DNA from: Selaginella moellendorffii
Lineage: Eukaryota > Plantae > Lycopodiophyta
DNA: 64,000 nt
Assembly: GCF_000143415.4 (NCBI RefSeq)
Contig: NW_003314286.1
Span: 573,766-637,765, forward strand
Direction: 5' to 3'
Within the stretch, counting starts at the first letter, position 1; each line of letters starts with the position of its first letter. The position numbers and the translations under genes are program-made. The notes beneath the pieces are model-generated. The model ran no database searches, was not told where the DNA came from, and saw only the letters and a list, made by a program, of their open reading frames with translations. Positions 1-11,770 of the stretch are shown here, one piece after another.

Positions 1-1080
1 GTTGCCAAAGGCATATTTGAAACGGTTACACTTGGCTTTCTCATGGTTGGGCACACTCATGAAGACGTCGATGCCATGTTCAGTCACCTGGCAGAGTCCC
101 TCCGGCGATCCAATGTCCTCACCCTCCCACAACTCTACGATGAATTCCAAAATTGCATCAAAGGCACTGTTGAAGCTGCACTTCTGACAGAGGTTCCAGA
201 CTTTAAGGGGTTTGTAAGAGGCTACATCAGGGATGGATCCGAAACGCTGATTGGCCACTCCAAGCCTCTTCAGTTTCATTTCAGCATGTGTGACGGTGCT
301 CCAGTGATGAGGTACAAGATGAGAGAATGGGACACAGTGTGGCTGCCAGTGGACGGCATTGAACTCTTCAAGAGAGATCCCATAACTGGGGAACCTATGA
401 TTCCTCAGGGTTCCCCACGGCCGATGCACCCGGATGGACTCAAAGACCAGGAAAGTATAGTGGCCGGGATTAGACAGCATATTGCCTTCTGGAAGAGGGG
501 GTTGGTGTTTGGTGGAGAATCCTATTTTCAGAGGTGCAAGCCTTTGCTCGAATACTGGGAGAAGATTATATCTGCTATCCAAAATGGGCCGGTTGTATAT
601 GAAGAATTGGAAGAGTCCTTTTGGCCAGAACCCAGAGCACCAGATAGTAGCGGAACAATGTCCTCTGGAAATGCAGTGACAGATAACGATGTTGAGGATC
701 ACTATTGTGGGCCGAGGAACAAGAAGCCGGATTCAGCATTCAATCCAGTACAGGTCTGCAAAGGAATGGTCGTGCTTGTCAGACCCAGTAATAAAAAACA
801 AATGATATGGGTGGGGCGCTGCATCACTGATGCAGAGGAGGACGCGGAAACTAACTCCTTCAATGTAACTGTGGAGTGGTTCAAGCCAAGTTCCGGATAT
901 ACGAAGGATTGCCTAGAAAAGAGATGGGTGCTGAATCCAAGGGATCCCAGCATGAGCATATCGGTGGATAATGTTGTGCATGGTTGGATGCGGAAGCAGA
1001 GTGCCACCATCACCTTGCCAGACCATGCAAGAGATGCAGCAAGAGCATTCATAACTCGGGTTCAAGGTGAGATTCATTAA
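1..1080 (+). CDS. 3' part of a DUF7869/Sola-like DDE transposase-related protein (5' end outside window)
   Basis: Frame is open from base 1 (VAKGIFETVTLGFLMVGHTHEDVDAMFS). The FLxVGHTHEDxD motif is typical of DUF7869/Sola-like transposases. The C-terminus is a beta-rich Tudor/BAH-like segment (GMVVLVRP..IWVGRC..VTVEWF). Confidence 0.65.
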   Translation, partial: VAKGIFETVTLGFLMVGHTHEDVDAMFSHLAESLRRSNVLTLPQLYDEFQNCIKGTVEAALLTEVPDFKGFVRGYIRDGSETLIGHSKPLQFHFSMCDGAPVMRYKMREWDTVWLPVDGIELFKRDPITGEPMIPQGSPRPMHPDGLKDQESIVAGIRQHIAFWKRGLVFGGESYFQRCKPLLEYWEKIISAIQNGPVVYEELEESFWPEPRAPDSSGTMSSGNAVTDNDVEDHYCGPRNKKPDSAFNPVQVCKGMVVLVRPSNKKQMIWVGRCITDAEEDAETNSFNVTVEWFKPSSGYTKDCLEKRWVLNPRDPSMSISVDNVVHGWMRKQSATITLPDHARDAARAFITRVQGEIH

Positions 1081-2740
1081 TATTCCTTTACAAAGTTTCT
1101 AATGTATTTTATTTCAAGGTGAACAATCCGAATCTGAATCACAGGAGGCTTGATATAGTGTGTGAGGTAAAACAAAGATGATGTGACATATGCATTTACC
1201 AATCACACGTGCATAAATCTAATAATATGGCGTGTGGCCCATATTAATGGCACATAAACCCATATTGTGGGCTTACGTGCTTTATGTACCATCATTCCCT
1301 TGCAGCGTGTGTGTTGGTTTCCTTTTATAACACAACGAACTCCATATTTTAGGGTGAAGAGCGTTCTCATGGCAAGCACAAAATCTGTAAGTGAGGCAGA
1401 AAAGGAGACGGAGAAGGAGATAGGTGAAGATGTAGAATATATAAGTCTTCCAAACTCCCCGTACTATACTCCAGGTGATCATTTTTCTGAACAAACGGCA
1501 ACATTAACAACTATCGAGAACGCCCCAGTAACGTCAGAGACAACAATCCAAAGCAAAACAACTGACCCGGAGAAGGATGATAGTACCGCTGAGAGTACCA
1601 AAAAGGAGGTGTCCACTAGCGCTTAGGCTTATAATGGCGTGTGCCCTCATGTCATTTACTTGATCACCAAATACCTTTTTCCCTTTGCACTAGTATATCT
1701 TAATACCGGTCTGAGAAATAGAATGGCATGTGCCCTCAGGCCTTTTACTAAATCACCTTTAAAAGAAATGCAAGCCTCTATGTCGTAAAAAAAAGGTACT
1801 AGAGAAATTCCTTAATAATATGAATGTTATTTAGTTTCATGAAAATACACTAAGGGTCAAATGAGTTAAATGACTTCTCCAGACTAGCAATGCCTCTTGC
1901 TACACCTTCACAATTAGATTCGTTAGAAAAAGATAACATTGAATAATATCTAAATGTTCTCACCATTAAGTTATATGTCTGGCTAATAGGAATGATGTTC
2001 ATCTTGGAAAGCTCACCACACGCTCAATGAACAAACAAATAGTGTGTGCGCGCATGCCATCGCTCTTCTTTAGCTTCAGATTCGGCTTGTTCACCTTGAC
2101 AATGAGATTTATTATACAACCAGATGGACTCAGTCTGGACACAAAGTCACCGCGCTAGTCACCATGCCCCAGATATGTCTAGCCCCTGGACAAAAAACAT
2201 ATAATTTCACGTCATTTTCAAATACTTGAAAATTTGTACCTAGTCCCATTTTACTGAATAAATCCCACTTTAACGAAATAGAGCTTTCATGCTTACATCA
2301 TGCAATCAAGAGTCTCTACCTTATTACATGTTAGTTATGATAGTTTTATAAGTGGTGATTTGTGGGATGGATAGCGATGAAGTGGTAAACCATTTTTTCT
2401 AGGCTTGCTATTGAAGATTTAGGTTACAATGCTTATTTCTTTTATAAGGAACTTTGTTATTGTTCTTTGAATAACTTGGTGTTAAATTAGTTTTGAGTTT
2501 GGTCAGAAAAAGAGTGGCATGAGCTTGTCTATGTTGTAAACAAAGTTAGTGATGATGAGTGTTATAAATCTCTATTAGTGGGGTGTGGCATTTATATTGC
2601 ATCTTGTTGAATCGAGTTGACAATTAATACTCATATAAACCTTTGAAGTAATGACATATGTGTTATTTATGGTGTTGCTCAATTGATGATCAAGTCATTC
2701 TGATACTTATATTATATCCATATGATAATGAGCAATGTGT

Positions 2741-5268
2741 TTACGAAGAACTAACCAGTTGGTTGACAAGATATGGAGCGATCTTCAGAAGCTGGCCGAC
2801 AGTGATCTGGATGTTCTGGGTGAGGATGGCTTCAGCGACAGTTGTATCTCCAATCGAGTTGGCCAAGAGTTGTGCCGGTGAAGCTGTCAGCTGGTTTCTC
2901 GGTTGCTGTGTGCTTGACTCGGGCTGTTCTTCGTCTTCGGAGTCGAGGATGACCAGTTCGGGTGGCTGTTGAGTAAGGTGCTTTTGTACTTTGGCAGCTA
3001 GCTGTTGGCGTTTCCTCCACTCAGGGGTTTGTTTCAGGCACTCTGAGCCCGTGTCATCTTCGGTGTCTGAGTCTTTGTCCGGTCGTTGTCGATGCTGTGC
3101 TCGAAGTTGTGCTCGAGTCTGGACTGCCAGAACTTGGGGTTCTGGGTCTTCTTTGGTAAATGGGAGTGCGTCGACTTCGATCAGTCTGGTTGTCGGTGGT
3201 TGCTGTTGCTGTTGGTCTGGCTGTCTGGGCGGCAGCGGTCCGAGTCTCGGAGGGCCGGGCTGGTCTTGGATTTCGTGGGTTGCCATGGGCGGCTGTTGTA
3301 GTTGCCTTGATATCTTTGGTCTTGATAGCCTTGATATCTGTTGTAGCCTTGATACCCTTGATTCTGGTAGCGTGGATAGGCTTGGCTGTTGTTGTAGTCC
3401 ATCTGGTTTTGTCAGTCTTGTTGGTATGGCCGGTTGTCGGGTTGTCGGTATCGGTCATTGAAGTAGGGTCGGTTGTTGTAGTTGTTGTTGAATCTCGGTG
3501 GTGCATTCCATTGTCGCGTCAGGTAGTTGTTCTGGGGCGGTCGCCAGTTGTTCGGAGGTGCAGCCGGATATTGGGTCGAATACTCAGGCTGTCAGGGAGG
3601 TCTCCAAGGGAAGTTGGAGATTTGTCAGACTTCAGGTTGGCTGCGGAATCTGCATGTCTTGGTGTCATGGTTGTCTTTCCCGCAGATTTGGCACTTGACG
3701 ATCTGGAGTTTGCAGTCGGTGGCTGAGTGTCCTTGTGCACCAGACGCCAGTTTGGACGTCGGATTTGTCACCGGATGCAGTGAATTTGGTGAGGAGCTTC
3801 TGGATCTTTCGGATGCCGACTTTGTCCTTGGACTTGCCAGTGAGGCTGTCGAGGAGGTTGTCCTCATCTTCCTCGGAGTCGAAGTCCATCTTCCTCGGAT
3901 TTGAACTTCTTTCAAGTCTTTGGAAAGAGTCTTGTAATCGCTGGTGTCGATTTTGGTGGCAGCTTTCTTCAAGTGTGAAGCTAGTCCCTGTATGTACCAC
4001 TGGTATAAAAGTATGTCAGTAGAAGAGCTCTTGCAGCGGTTGGCGTGTTTGGTGAAGCGTTCGGTGTATTCTTCGAGAGTTTCGCCAGTACGCATCTTGA
4101 TGTTCTGTATCTTCTGAAGCTTCTCTGACTGGCTGAGTGCTGACTTGAAGTGGTTGGTGAAGGCTTTGGTGAGCTCGTCAAAGGTGAGTTTCGGGTCAGT
4201 CGTCTGGAGCCATTCTCCGGCGCGTCCTTTGAGGGTGCAGCCGAAGAGGAATGCGAGGTTGTCTTGCTGGCTGTTGACTCGGGCAGCCTCCTTGAAGCGA
4301 ATGACATGCTTTTCTGGGTCTTCGGTCTTCTTCCCTTTGAATTGTGGGTAGGTGACAAGCTTGCCGATGATCGTGTTGGGGAGTACCATTGTCATGGTGA
4401 CGATGTCTGGGGGAATGTCTGGTAGACTGTGTGGCAGAGTGTTCAGTGGAGTGTTTGGTGGGATGTTTGACAGAGCAGTTGGTGGAGTGTTCTGTGGTGG
4501 CAGTGTTGATGTTGATGGTAGCAGAGGTTCTCCGGGAGGCTTCAGCAAGGTCTCCGGAGAGGATTGTCGGAGTATTACCTGTAAGTCCGGTTGCTGAAGA
4601 TCGATGTCTGGTTCTGGTTGTTGGTGGGGTCTGCTGAACGCCTGGTCGAAAAGTTGGTCAAGTGTGTATTCGGAGGATTGGCCGAACTCGTATTGCTGGT
4701 GATGTGCTGGTCAATCGTCTGGGTCAACAATGTATATCGGTCAGAGGCCGTATTCGACTGAGTTGAGCTTCAGGGAGTCTGGTTGTTGCTGGAAGTTGTA
4801 GAAGTCCGGTGTGGAGGCGAACGGTGTGGTCGAGGTAGAAGCTGATACTGGTGTCGAAAACAGTGTGCCGAGGACTGTTGGTGAAGCTGTCAGTACAGTC
4901 CAGGAGAAATAAGTTCTTGGGTCGGTCTGTCCTCGGAAGAGTGGGTTGTGGAAGCTGTGCTGGGGAGTGTGCTGAACTTCTGGCTGGGTCTCTGGCGGGT
5001 TCTCCGGTGCTGCAGTCGGAGAAGCAGGCAGTGTCCTAAAATTCTGGTAGCCTTCTAAAATCCTTCCGGCGTCTTCGCCGGCTGCAATTTTGGGAAACAA
5101 TTCATCAGTAATGTACCTTTCTCTTTCAGAAACTTGTACAAAGTGGGACCACTGGGTGGCTTTTTCTTTTCTCTCTTTCTCTAGTCTCTTCAACTCTCGC
5201 TGGAGGTGTCGTTGAAGTCTTTCGGTGTCTTCTTGTTGTTTGCTGGCTGCTTTCCTCGGCTTGTTCAT
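2741..5268 (-). pseudogene. Gag polyprotein pseudogene
   Basis: ORF 5268-4741 continues in frame through two TGA stops into ORF 4548-3625. Capsid motif FKGKKTEDPEKHVIRF..LKGRAGEWL..TFDELTKAFTNHF, CCHC knuckle CQICGKDNHDTKTC, frameshifts near 3900 and 3735, N/Y/Q-rich linker. Confidence 0.8.
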
Positions 5269-5798
5269 GCGGCTCTCTTCAGCCGTGGGTTCTTGTACAC
5301 TAAAACTATCTTGGGTGTTGGTATCTCGGGGATGAAGGTCTTCATCAAACTCTCGACTTGGTTGTCAGTGATGTTGTCGGGTATCTGGCTGAATGTCAAA
5401 TCGGTGTCGACGATAATCTCAAGGCTCCGGAAATATCTTCGGGCCTGTAGCTTCGAAGCTAGTCTTCGGTAGTAGTTATTGTATAATCTTCTAAGGGTTA
5501 CTATGCAAAGATGAAAGATGTGGTGAAAGATGTGTCGGTGGAAGATGTGTCAGAGATGTTTAGCTGGTATGCCGGTGTAGATCCGAGTCGGGTAGAGTGG
5601 CTGGTCGAGGTGTCGGTCGTCAAACTCTTGCTGACAGACGAACTCGGTGCTGATCCAAAAAGTGGTCGCTAGTAGGAGGATGCCGTCAGTCAATTGAACA
5701 AAGTGTGTTGCTGGAAGAAGGTCGCGAATCTTCTGCCGGATGATTTCTTGGAGCTCATCGGGGAGTTGACTGATTCGGAGTGATTGGAGAGCTGTCAT
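5265..5798 (-). pseudogene. Retroelement accessory ORF2 with F-box-like N-terminal motif
   Basis: ATG 5798 MTALQSLRISQLPDELQEIIRQKIRDLL. One internal TGA at 5550-5552, then the frame stays open to TGA 5265-5267, which overlaps the gag ATG (ATGA). Confidence 0.5.
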
Positions 5799-6714
5799 GC
5801 AGGTCGGTCGAAGAAGTTGTCGGGATGTCGTCCGGGCTGGTGTTCGGGCACTTAGAGGAAAACTCGTCCGGAAGTGGGTAGAAGTTGTACTCCAGGAGTT
5901 TCTTCTTCGTTTCTTTCTTCGGCTTGGGCTTGTCGGTGGAGTCTCCAATCGATTTGTCGAGACGAGGTGCTGAGTGCAGGCTGGTCTTCCAGGTGCCGGT
6001 GCCAAGATGAAGCTCGACAAAGAGTTTCGGATAGTCGGACTGGTTGGGGTGATCAGACCCAATTTCGTCGTCAATGGTCTCTAGGCCGGCGTACTCGATG
6101 GCGTGGTCGAACAGAGTCTTGGCAGCATGGAGATTAGCGTCGTGTCGTCATTGGATGATGTCCTCGTTGCTGGTTTGGGCACTCAGTCAGAGAGTCTGTC
6201 GGAAGATTGTCGATGCATTCGGGAGCTTTCCTTCGGTGACTTGGCCGATGCCGGGATAGAGTGTCGGAGGCTTGTCGTAGGAGAACGTGCGGCTGGTGTG
6301 TGGAAGAGGCATTGGTCGGGAAGATCTGTTGCCGGAATTCTTGTTGTTCTTCTGTCTGGTCGGTAAAGCAGAGCTGTTGTCGGAGAAGAGTTCGGAAGCT
6401 CTGCCGGTGAGTTCTCTAGCTTGCAGTCGGTGTTCTTCTACTCGAATTCGGAGTTGGGCTCTCAGATTGCTGGTCGGAGAAGATCTCGGAGAAGATGCTC
6501 GGGCTTGCTGTCGGTTCCTCAGTGCTGGCCGGTGAAGAGTTCGGTGCTGATGTTGGGGTTGGTTGCAAAGGTCTTCTTCTCCTCGTTCGGATAGAGCGCT
6601 AGGAGGTCTCGTTGAAAGATCTTTAATTTCTTCGAAAATTTGCTGGTGTAGCTTTCTTCCTCTAGTGGTCGCTGCAGCGAGGCGTGTTCCGGGTACCCAT
6701 GTTGGTGGTGGCAT
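5755..6714 (-). pseudogene. Retroelement accessory ORF1 (unknown function)
   Basis: ORF 6714-6187 continues in frame through two TGA stops to 5755. It starts about 100 bp after the PBS. Confidence 0.5.
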
Positions 6715-6806
6715 GCTCGATGTGGAGAGAAAGAGTGGTTCTTGAAGTTCTTGAATCTCTGCAAATGGTTACCGGGTTCTTGTTCCTTGATCTCTCTCAG
6801 CGATCC

Positions 6807-6824
6807 ATCCCACCATGATCGCCA
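6807..6824 (-). other. Primer-binding site (tRNA-Arg-like)
   Basis: Minus strand reads AACA-TT-TGGCGATCATGGTGGG, directly after the LTR terminus. Confidence 0.6.
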
Positions 6825-6826
6825 AA

Positions 6827-7240
6827 TGTTTAATGGAAAAATGTGAGGCGGATGAGAATGCTGCTACCACTAGAACTCGATCTGAGAGCTGGCGCCTGAT
6901 CTCCGGAGGTTGCCAGCTGAGGAGGGGTGAAAGAAGTGGTGGATCGGCGGGGAGAGAGACTCAAGTCAAAGATAATGCAAATAGGGGTGTGATTCAGGAG
7001 TCTTGAAGTACAATGGAGTGGGAAAGGAGATGGGGAACCCTCGCTGTGCTGGAGTCTTTCAAAACCACTCTCCTGTTGGCGGTTCTAACCGCCAGCATAT
7101 ACCTAGAATAGAAATAAACTAGTAGCCATTTGAACCTGGCTTTCAGTCGTGAGTAGAGCTGCTCCTGGGCGTGCATGTGTTAGGGGAGGTTTCCACAACT
7201 CCCTTGGCTCACTATTTACTAGCTCCTTATATTAGCAAAT
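6827..7240 (-). repeat. 5' LTR (outer end uncertain)
   Basis: TGTT terminus adjoins the PBS; composition shifts to the AT-rich repeat at ~7240. Confidence 0.5.
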
Positions 7241-7249
7241 ATAGCTATT

Positions 7250-9550
7250 TGAAAGAGATGCCATTTTAAGTTCTTTTTTAAACACTACTAAATAATATAT
7301 ACTAAGTTGGATTAGGATTTTCAACACCATCAATGTTTTATGGTTTCATGAGTAACAAAGCATAAACAAATTGATAAGGTATTAGAATTGTCTATAATGG
7401 TGGTATAAACAAAGTTTTAGTTAAATGAGAAAGAGTTGCCTTTTCCATTAGGAATAAAGTTTATATGAACGCACAGATTAATGTATTTAAGTTAAACACC
7501 ATAATAACCACAAGTGGTTCAACTAGAGTTTAAAAGGTATAAACACTTTACAAGATGCAAATAAGTACTACAAGTTTATACGTTTATAGTGGGTTGGAGG
7601 CAATGTTTATAAAAAATGCAATTCTACAACTACAGACTTGGCTGACATAGTGGTTTATTTGTTTTCCACATTTAAGGACTTTAGTTATTTCTCAAATAAG
7701 GAAGTATTCATATTGATCTCTTTATTAATTCTCTTTCTTTATTCAATGAGTTTTGAAATACTTGCTACCAAGTGTTAACAACAAATCTTATTGAAATTTA
7801 CCATATGATATGACTATCAAAAACAAATTGCTCTAAATACATATTTTCAAATAAAACATGCTAGAATGACTTGGTCATCTCTATGCTACAATAGACCTTT
7901 ATACACTTTTGTATGAAAGGCTAAGTTATAAAAAAGATCAACGTAATTTTGAAGGTTTGGGCATTGACACAACCTCTTGGTCACAAAGTCATAAAAGTGA
8001 TGAGATTAACTTTATATGATTTTTGAATTTAATTTGCAATAAAACTAATTGAGAACCTTGAAACTATCAAAAGAAAAGAATGAGTAAGTGAGCCCATACA
8101 ACAAACACATTTGCACTATCTCAAGTATAACTACATAACTATAGAACAAAGAAGACCAATGCTTTTGAGCAATGAAGAGGCTAGGTGCTTCCAAGTCAAA
8201 TTAGGAAAGATTCATAGAGTTTAGTGAGTTAGACATCAACTTAAAGTAAGTTCTACAATCAAATGTTTTACTTGGATTGGAGGAATATTATATAGTAAGC
8301 AAATTACTATATGAACTTTACACACTCTAGTTGATTGTTTTTGAAGATAACAACAATATGGCAATCCTCCACAATATTGTGATTATTCATGTTGTTATGT
8401 CCTAATGAAGTTTTGCTCACATAGTCTATGTAGTGTTAATTATCCAGAAAGTAAAATATATACTATGTATTTGATTAGTTGAAGAAGGGGTGAAATTGAT
8501 GAATTTAGAGTTTTGGGCTTTAGTTGAAGCAAATTTTAAATTTGAAAAGAACACTTTATAACCATAACCACAAACTCAACTTTAGCACTTTTCTCAAGAA
8601 ATTCTAAAAACGAGAAAAAATGAATGTGTGAAAATTACAAATACATAATCAAAGGAAGCAAGGCAACATACTCAAAAGCATTATAGTTGAAGGTGGAAGT
8701 TAAAAGTATCAACATTAAATAACAATACTATCATTACAAGTATATAATTCTCAATTATGGAATTGATATTGTAAATACAAAGATTTAAAATATCACAACA
8801 AATTAATTCCTAAGTTGCACTTGCATATACTTCCTGCAATGTTATACTTTGGGTAGGTCTTTAATCCCTTACAAACATATGTATTTTATATATTTAATGC
8901 TTTTTGCGATGGATTCAAATGTTAAAATTTAATATGAGGAGTTCATAATATTGAGAAAGAATTAGATATTAGTATTGTATTTGAATTTAAAATATCTATT
9001 TTAAATTTTATTTATAAGTTACTCATAAAATAAAAAGGGCATTTCTTAAAGTTACACTCAAATGGATTTTACAGTAAAAATAAATATTTAATAATACTAA
9101 TTATTAAATCTTAAAATAATACTTTCTTCTGTAAATTAGATTACAAGGCAAAACCTCTATTAATTGGGAAATATTGCCACTCATATTTAAATATTATTTA
9201 AATTACTAGTATGTTTAAAATACCTCTTTAATAAAAATATTGCCATGAGAAAATATTCTTTAGTGTACCAGAATATTTTAGAATTTTATTCTTAATGACT
9301 CTTTTTGTTGACCTGGCTCTCTCTATTAGCAAATTGTACATCACCTAGTAAACATTTAATGATTAGTTTCTTTGAATTGATCAAGTGGCTACAAGACACC
9401 AAGAGCAAATGCGCTTAAACTTTGAAAGAATGTGAAGGTGACATTTCCAATTTTGAAATTTTGTAAGAAAGAAAAGTTACTCATTTTAAAAGACTTTTAG
9501 CTATACAATTATATAGCTAAATATGTTTACTAGCAAACCAAAATACCAAA
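7250..9550. repeat. AT-rich dispersed repeat family, copy 1
   Basis: Clear similarity to 12900-13915 (+, rearranged order), 23640-24190 (+) and 33950-35255 (inverted). Confidence 0.75.
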
Positions 9551-10589
9551 TAATATTTGTGTTACTAATAATTATAATAATAATATATAATATTTACCAG
9601 GAGGAGGAGGAACAAGGCTGGTGTTTTTCTTTGCAATGTTATTCAAGAGGATGATTAAGCAATTGGCAAAACTAACACAATATAAATCAAATTGGTATGA
9701 TCTGGAACAGCTTTGCAAGGAGTTCCTCTCGTACACATCAAGCAGCCCATCCTATGGATTCCACACACATCTCTTTTGAGGGTATGCTCCACAAATCCCT
9801 CAGCTTTAAACCTTCATAGGATGTTGCCAAAATGAGATTTCATAACCTTGAGTATGTACATACCATTTCCATGCAATTGCTTGGCTATAAAAGCTTGTTG
9901 GTCCTTCCAAACCTCATCTCCTAAAAAGCTCTTGAAATGTCAGGATGAGTACTAGAATGGTGAAAAGAAAAGCTTTGGATTTTTGGAATCCATACCAGCA
10001 TCTCCAAATATGTTCGATTGTTGGATCATTCTAGGCGTTTTGACCAATTTTACTCTAGACGAGCTGTGGATTAATATCAATATGGAGCTATGTTGCACCG
10101 TGAGACCATCAAAACAGCAATGGATAGACATTTATCTTGTGTTCCTTTTTCCCACATTTTTGCAAAAGGAAGTAGTTTGTGCACGCTAATAGCTTGTGTT
10201 TCCATGAACTCTATGACTCGTATTCAATGAGTGCCAAGTTTCCAGAGGTTTGAAAAATGAGTAAAAAAGTTTTGTTCACTACATTAGGATTAAGCTTAAA
10301 AAGGAGTTGCCATTAAATTAAAGTTGTTTTCTCTTTTGGAAATATTTGTACCTAGAGCATTTTGTGATTGTGAGATTAAATCGCTGTTCACATCTAGGTT
10401 TGGGCTCTTTGGCATGCTCAAGCCCAATGGCACCCTTGCTGACAATCCACAGCGTCACCAGCTCTCGAGTCCACTCGTTTTTTTTTTCACAAAGCCAAAA
10501 GTACCTCTTTATTTTTTCAAAGTCAAGGGTTAGGTTATAATCTTTCTCGCTTGGATTTTTCTATTGTCGAAGCTCTCGTCAGGTAAGCT

Positions 10590-11546
10590 ATGGTCTCTCG
10601 CGCTCACGCCGCCCCAATGCTTGCCCGCCGAACTCAAGTGCCCTGGCATGGCGGCCATCACCGAGCTCACACCCGCGACATCCAGCACACCACCATGGAC
10701 ACCAAGGCCACGAGCCAGCGCCAGCTTTAGCTCCAGTTCTTCAAGGTGACGCTCCAGATTGAGCCCCAGCGCCAGCTGCTTTCGTTCACCCTGCTCACGG
10801 CCACCCTGCTCATCTAGCTCCAGAGCCTGCTATCCTTGATCATGCTCGCCACCACCATCCAGCTCCAGCAGCAGCAGTGTACCATCATCATCACGGTGAT
10901 NNNNNNNNNNNNNNNNNNNNNNNNNNNNNNNNNNNNNNNNNNNNNNNNNNNNNNNNNNNNNNNNNNNNNNNNNNNNNNNNNNNNNNNNNNNNNNNNNNNN
11001 NNNNNNNNNNNNNNNNNNNNNNNNNNNNNNNNNNNNNNNNNNNNNNNNNNNNNNNNNNNNNNNNNNNNNNNNNNNNNNNNNNNNNNNNNNNNNNNNNNNN
11101 NNNNNNNNNNNNNNNNNNNNNNNNNNNNNNNNNNNNNNNNNNNNNNNNNNNNNNNNNNNNNNNNNNNNNNNNNNNNNNNNNNNNNNNNNNNNNNNNNNNN
11201 NNNNNNNNNNNNNNNNNNNNNNNNNNNNNNNNNNNNNNNNNNNNNNNNNNNNNNNNNNNNNNNNNNNNNNNNNNNNNNNNNNNNNNNGGATTCTCCTCAA
11301 AGTGTCCTGCCAACACTGGCAGTGACGCGTAAGTCAGCACAGTGCATGCGTTGTCACATGGAAGATTGTGTACAAACAATCTTCAAGGAGATGAAGTTGC
11401 AGAGCAAGAAGACAGCAGACTCTTGCTCACGGACAGTGAAGATCACATACAAGGGTCAACTACCAGACTTGGAAGTTATTGCACAGCTGGCTCGGAACAT
11501 GGACTGGAAAATAGAGCAAGAACCTACCAAGTTTCGATTTGACTGA
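10590..11546 (+). pseudogene. His/Ala/Pro-rich membrane protein gene, copy 1 (frameshifted, partly in gap)
   Basis: ATG 10590 MVSRAHAAPMLARR. A 1-bp plus a 21-bp deletion relative to copy 2 shifts the frame. Middle is in the N gap. C-terminal CMRCHMEDC segment present. Confidence 0.55.
10901..11287. other. Assembly gap (387 N)
   Basis: Run of N. Confidence 1.
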
Positions 11547-11770
11547 GCTATCCTCTAGAGTGACGGGGGAGCAGACGTTAGTGCACCTCCAAAGGCCAGA
11601 GAAGTTGCTTGAGACGAAAGGTTTGAGAAAAGGTAACGTACTACTTTTGCTCTCTGTTCTTGCAGGCGCTCAAATCTCAATTTCGATGAGAAGAAGCAGT
11701 GCAGGGCATAGCAGCCAGATAAGTTTCTCCAGAGTCAAGCCGGGAATCAAGCAAGTGCAATTGTGAAAGT

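Larger units (their letters stand above)
2741..7240 (-). mobile_element. 3'-truncated Ty3/Gypsy LTR retrotransposon with extra 5' ORFs
   Basis: On the minus strand: LTR end ...AACA (6827), PBS, two upstream ORFs, gag with zinc knuckles, then a pre-protease ITVGQLLKIAP segment. Truncated at ~2740. The outer LTR boundary is approximate. Confidence 0.75.

Noticed and set aside
2991-3904. Plus-strand Val/Cys-rich ORFs resembling membrane proteins
   Set aside because: Antisense shadows of the Gln/Asn/Thr-rich gag linker.
10830-11379. ORFs spanning X runs (also ~20219-20555 and ~42749-43029)
   Set aside because: Artefacts of N gaps.
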